Shown in pieces: positions 62,582 through 64,000 of a stretch of 64,000 nucleotides of DNA. The position numbers and the translations under genes were made by a program. The stretch's first letter is position 1. The number at the start of each line of letters is the position of its first letter. The DNA is from Terriglobales bacterium (GTDB lineage: Bacteria > Acidobacteriota > Terriglobia > Terriglobales > Acidobacteriaceae): contig DATHQD010000035.1 of NCBI GenBank assembly GCA_035483045.1, positions 35,921 to 99,920 of the forward strand. The letters run 5' to 3'. Under the pieces are notes generated by a model. The model was given only the letters and a program-made list of their open reading frames with translations, made no database searches and had not been told where the DNA came from.

Positions 62582-64000
62582 GTGAAAGCTTATGAAGGAA
62601 GTAATCTCCGCAACCTTGCCCTGATCGGACACGGGCATGCGGGGAAGACCACGCTGGTGTCCGCCATGCTCTATACGTCTGGGGGCGCGCCTCGACTGGG
62701 GCGGGTCGATGATGGGTCGGCTCCTACGGATTATGACGAGGAAGAGATTGCGCGGAAGATGTCGATCTCGACCGGGCTCGCGTTTGTGGAATGGGGGAAG
62801 CCGGAGGCGCGGGTGAAGATCAATCTGCTGGATACTCCGGGCTTCAATATGTTTGTGCACGAGGCGAAGATGGTGCTGCCGGTGGTGGATGCGGCGCTGG
62901 TGGTGGTCGATGGCGTGGCGGGTGTGGAGGTGGTGACGCAGCGGGTTTGGGGATACTGCGAGGAGATCAATCTTCCGCGGATGATTGTGGTTAGCAGGAT
63001 GGATCGCGAGCGGGCGGATGCTACGCGGGTGCTGGAATCGCTGACGAATGCTTTTGGGAGGGCGGTGACTCCGCTGCAACTGCCGATTGGGAGCGAGAAG
63101 AGCCTGAGCGGGATTGTCGATCTGGTGCGGATGAAGGCTTACACGTATGAGATGGGCGGGAATGGCAAGGGGAAGGAAGGGCCGATTCCGGCTAGCGTGG
63201 CGGATGCGGCTAAGGAGGCGCACGAGAAGCTAGTGGAGTTGGTGGCGGAGGGGAAAGATGAGTTGATGGAGGAATTTTTTGAGACGGGGACGATTCCGGA
63301 GGAGCATCTGGTTCCGGCGCTGCATGAGGCGATTCGAGAGGACAAACTTTTTCCGGTGCTGTTTACTTCGGGGCTGGGAAATATCGGCGTGGATGAGCTG
63401 ATGGATTTTATTGTCGACTACACGCCGGCGGCTACGGAGCATCATGCGATTACAGGATGGACGGCCGATGGAAAGGAGCACTCGGAGCGCAAGGGGACGG
63501 ACAACGAGCCGGCTTCGGTTTATGTGTTCAAGACGGTGTCGGATGCGTTTGCGGGACGGATTTCTTATTTCAAAGTTTTTTCTGGCGTGCTGAAGAACGA
63601 CGCTTCTTTGCAGAACTACAATCGGAACACGCTGGAGAAGTTTGCGCATATTTCTTTGGTGCAGGGCAAGCAGACGGTGCCGATTGCGGAGATTCATGCG
63701 GGGGATATTGGGGCGGTGGCGAAATTGCGGGAGACGCTTACGGGAGACACGCTGGGAGATAAGACTTCGCCGATACGGTATGAGGCGGTGAAGCTGCCGG
63801 AACCGGCGATCACGTTTGCGATTGAGCCTAAGAGCCGGGCGGATGAAGACAAGCTGGGAGTGGGGCTGCACAAGCTGATGGAAGAAGATGCGATGCTGCG
63901 ATTTTTTAGGGATCCGCAGACTAAGGAATTTTTGATTGCGGGGACGGGGCAGCAGCACATTGAAGTTGTCGTCTCGAAGATGCGGAAGCGGTATCACGCG
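62582..64000 (+). CDS. elongation factor G-like translational GTPase (EF-G2-type), 5-prime partial in window
   Basis: Not in the ORF track because there is no stop before the window end. GTG 62582 gives MKAYEGSNLRNLALIGHGHAGKTTLVSAML..DTPGF..SRMDRE.., and the frame stays open to 64000. The two long minus-strand track ORFs here are shadows. Confidence 0.88.
   Translation, partial: MKAYEGSNLRNLALIGHGHAGKTTLVSAMLYTSGGAPRLGRVDDGSAPTDYDEEEIARKMSISTGLAFVEWGKPEARVKINLLDTPGFNMFVHEAKMVLPVVDAALVVVDGVAGVEVVTQRVWGYCEEINLPRMIVVSRMDRERADATRVLESLTNAFGRAVTPLQLPIGSEKSLSGIVDLVRMKAYTYEMGGNGKGKEGPIPASVADAAKEAHEKLVELVAEGKDELMEEFFETGTIPEEHLVPALHEAIREDKLFPVLFTSGLGNIGVDELMDFIVDYTPAATEHHAITGWTADGKEHSERKGTDNEPASVYVFKTVSDAFAGRISYFKVFSGVLKNDASLQNYNRNTLEKFAHISLVQGKQTVPIAEIHAGDIGAVAKLRETLTGDTLGDKTSPIRYEAVKLPEPAITFAIEPKSRADEDKLGVGLHKLMEEDAMLRFFRDPQTKEFLIAGTGQQHIEVVVSKMRKRYHA

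Noticed and set aside
62519-63997. Two long minus-strand track ORFs (234 aa and 255 aa), Arg/His/Pro-rich
   Set aside because: They are compositional shadows of the EF-G-like gene on the + strand. That gene has clear GTPase motifs (GHGHAGKTT, DTPGF, SRMDRE) and an open frame to the window end.

Overview
This is a high-GC bacterial chromosomal window. My guess is Acidobacteriota (Terriglobia-like), based only on gene content and repeat style. It covers the classical origin-proximal gene set: mnmE, rpmH-rnpA-yidD-yidC-jag, dnaA-dnaN, ruvB, acpP-fabF, rimP-nusA-infB, the def-fmt-rsmB operon, aroC, rsmG and parA-parB. A more accessory, compositionally different stretch at about 50-62 kb carries a KimA-like transporter, a DJ-1/PfpI protein, a REP-associated tyrosine transposase, VOC proteins, two tandem 7-repeat secreted paralogs and a dihaem cytochrome c. 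A partial EF-G-like gene runs off the right edge and is absent from the ORF track. By eye I found no rRNA, tRNA or CRISPR, and no recognisable defence, secretion or biosynthetic cluster. The unusual content is architectural. (1) At least six interspersed REP-like families, about 60 copies, fill nearly every intergenic spacer. REP-A is GGGTGCCCCAyCC-hairpin-GGGTGGGG. REP-B is GTAGGGGCAGGTGCCCTCACCTGCCCAGCCGAGCGAAGCTCGGC, with a longer form also present. REP-C is TGTCATCCTGAGCG-[variable hairpin]-GTCGAAGGACCCCTAC. REP-D is GTGGAGCGGACACTCCTGTCCGCT. REP-E is CTTTGAAAGGGCACGGCTTCAGCCGTGCCGCAA, optionally followed by AGGGGCTTTAGCCCCTGAGG. REP-F is low-complexity CAGGAAAAGC-type 10-11-mers. (2) Every oriented REP-A, -B and -C copy (39 left, 15 right) flips orientation at the 358-bp rsmG-parA spacer. 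Plus-strand composition flips there too, from C-rich to G-rich. The spacer carries three parS palindromes and DnaA-box-like motifs, so it is a candidate oriC about 35 kb from dnaA. (3) REP elements sit in frame inside intact mnmE (twice), rsmG, parB and yidD. (4) A RAYT gene is embedded in a cluster of its own REP-A subtype. (5) Tandem duplications of the form 'gene 3-prime end plus REP' occur twice. All coordinates and counts were worked out by hand. Family names come from motif recognition, not searches.
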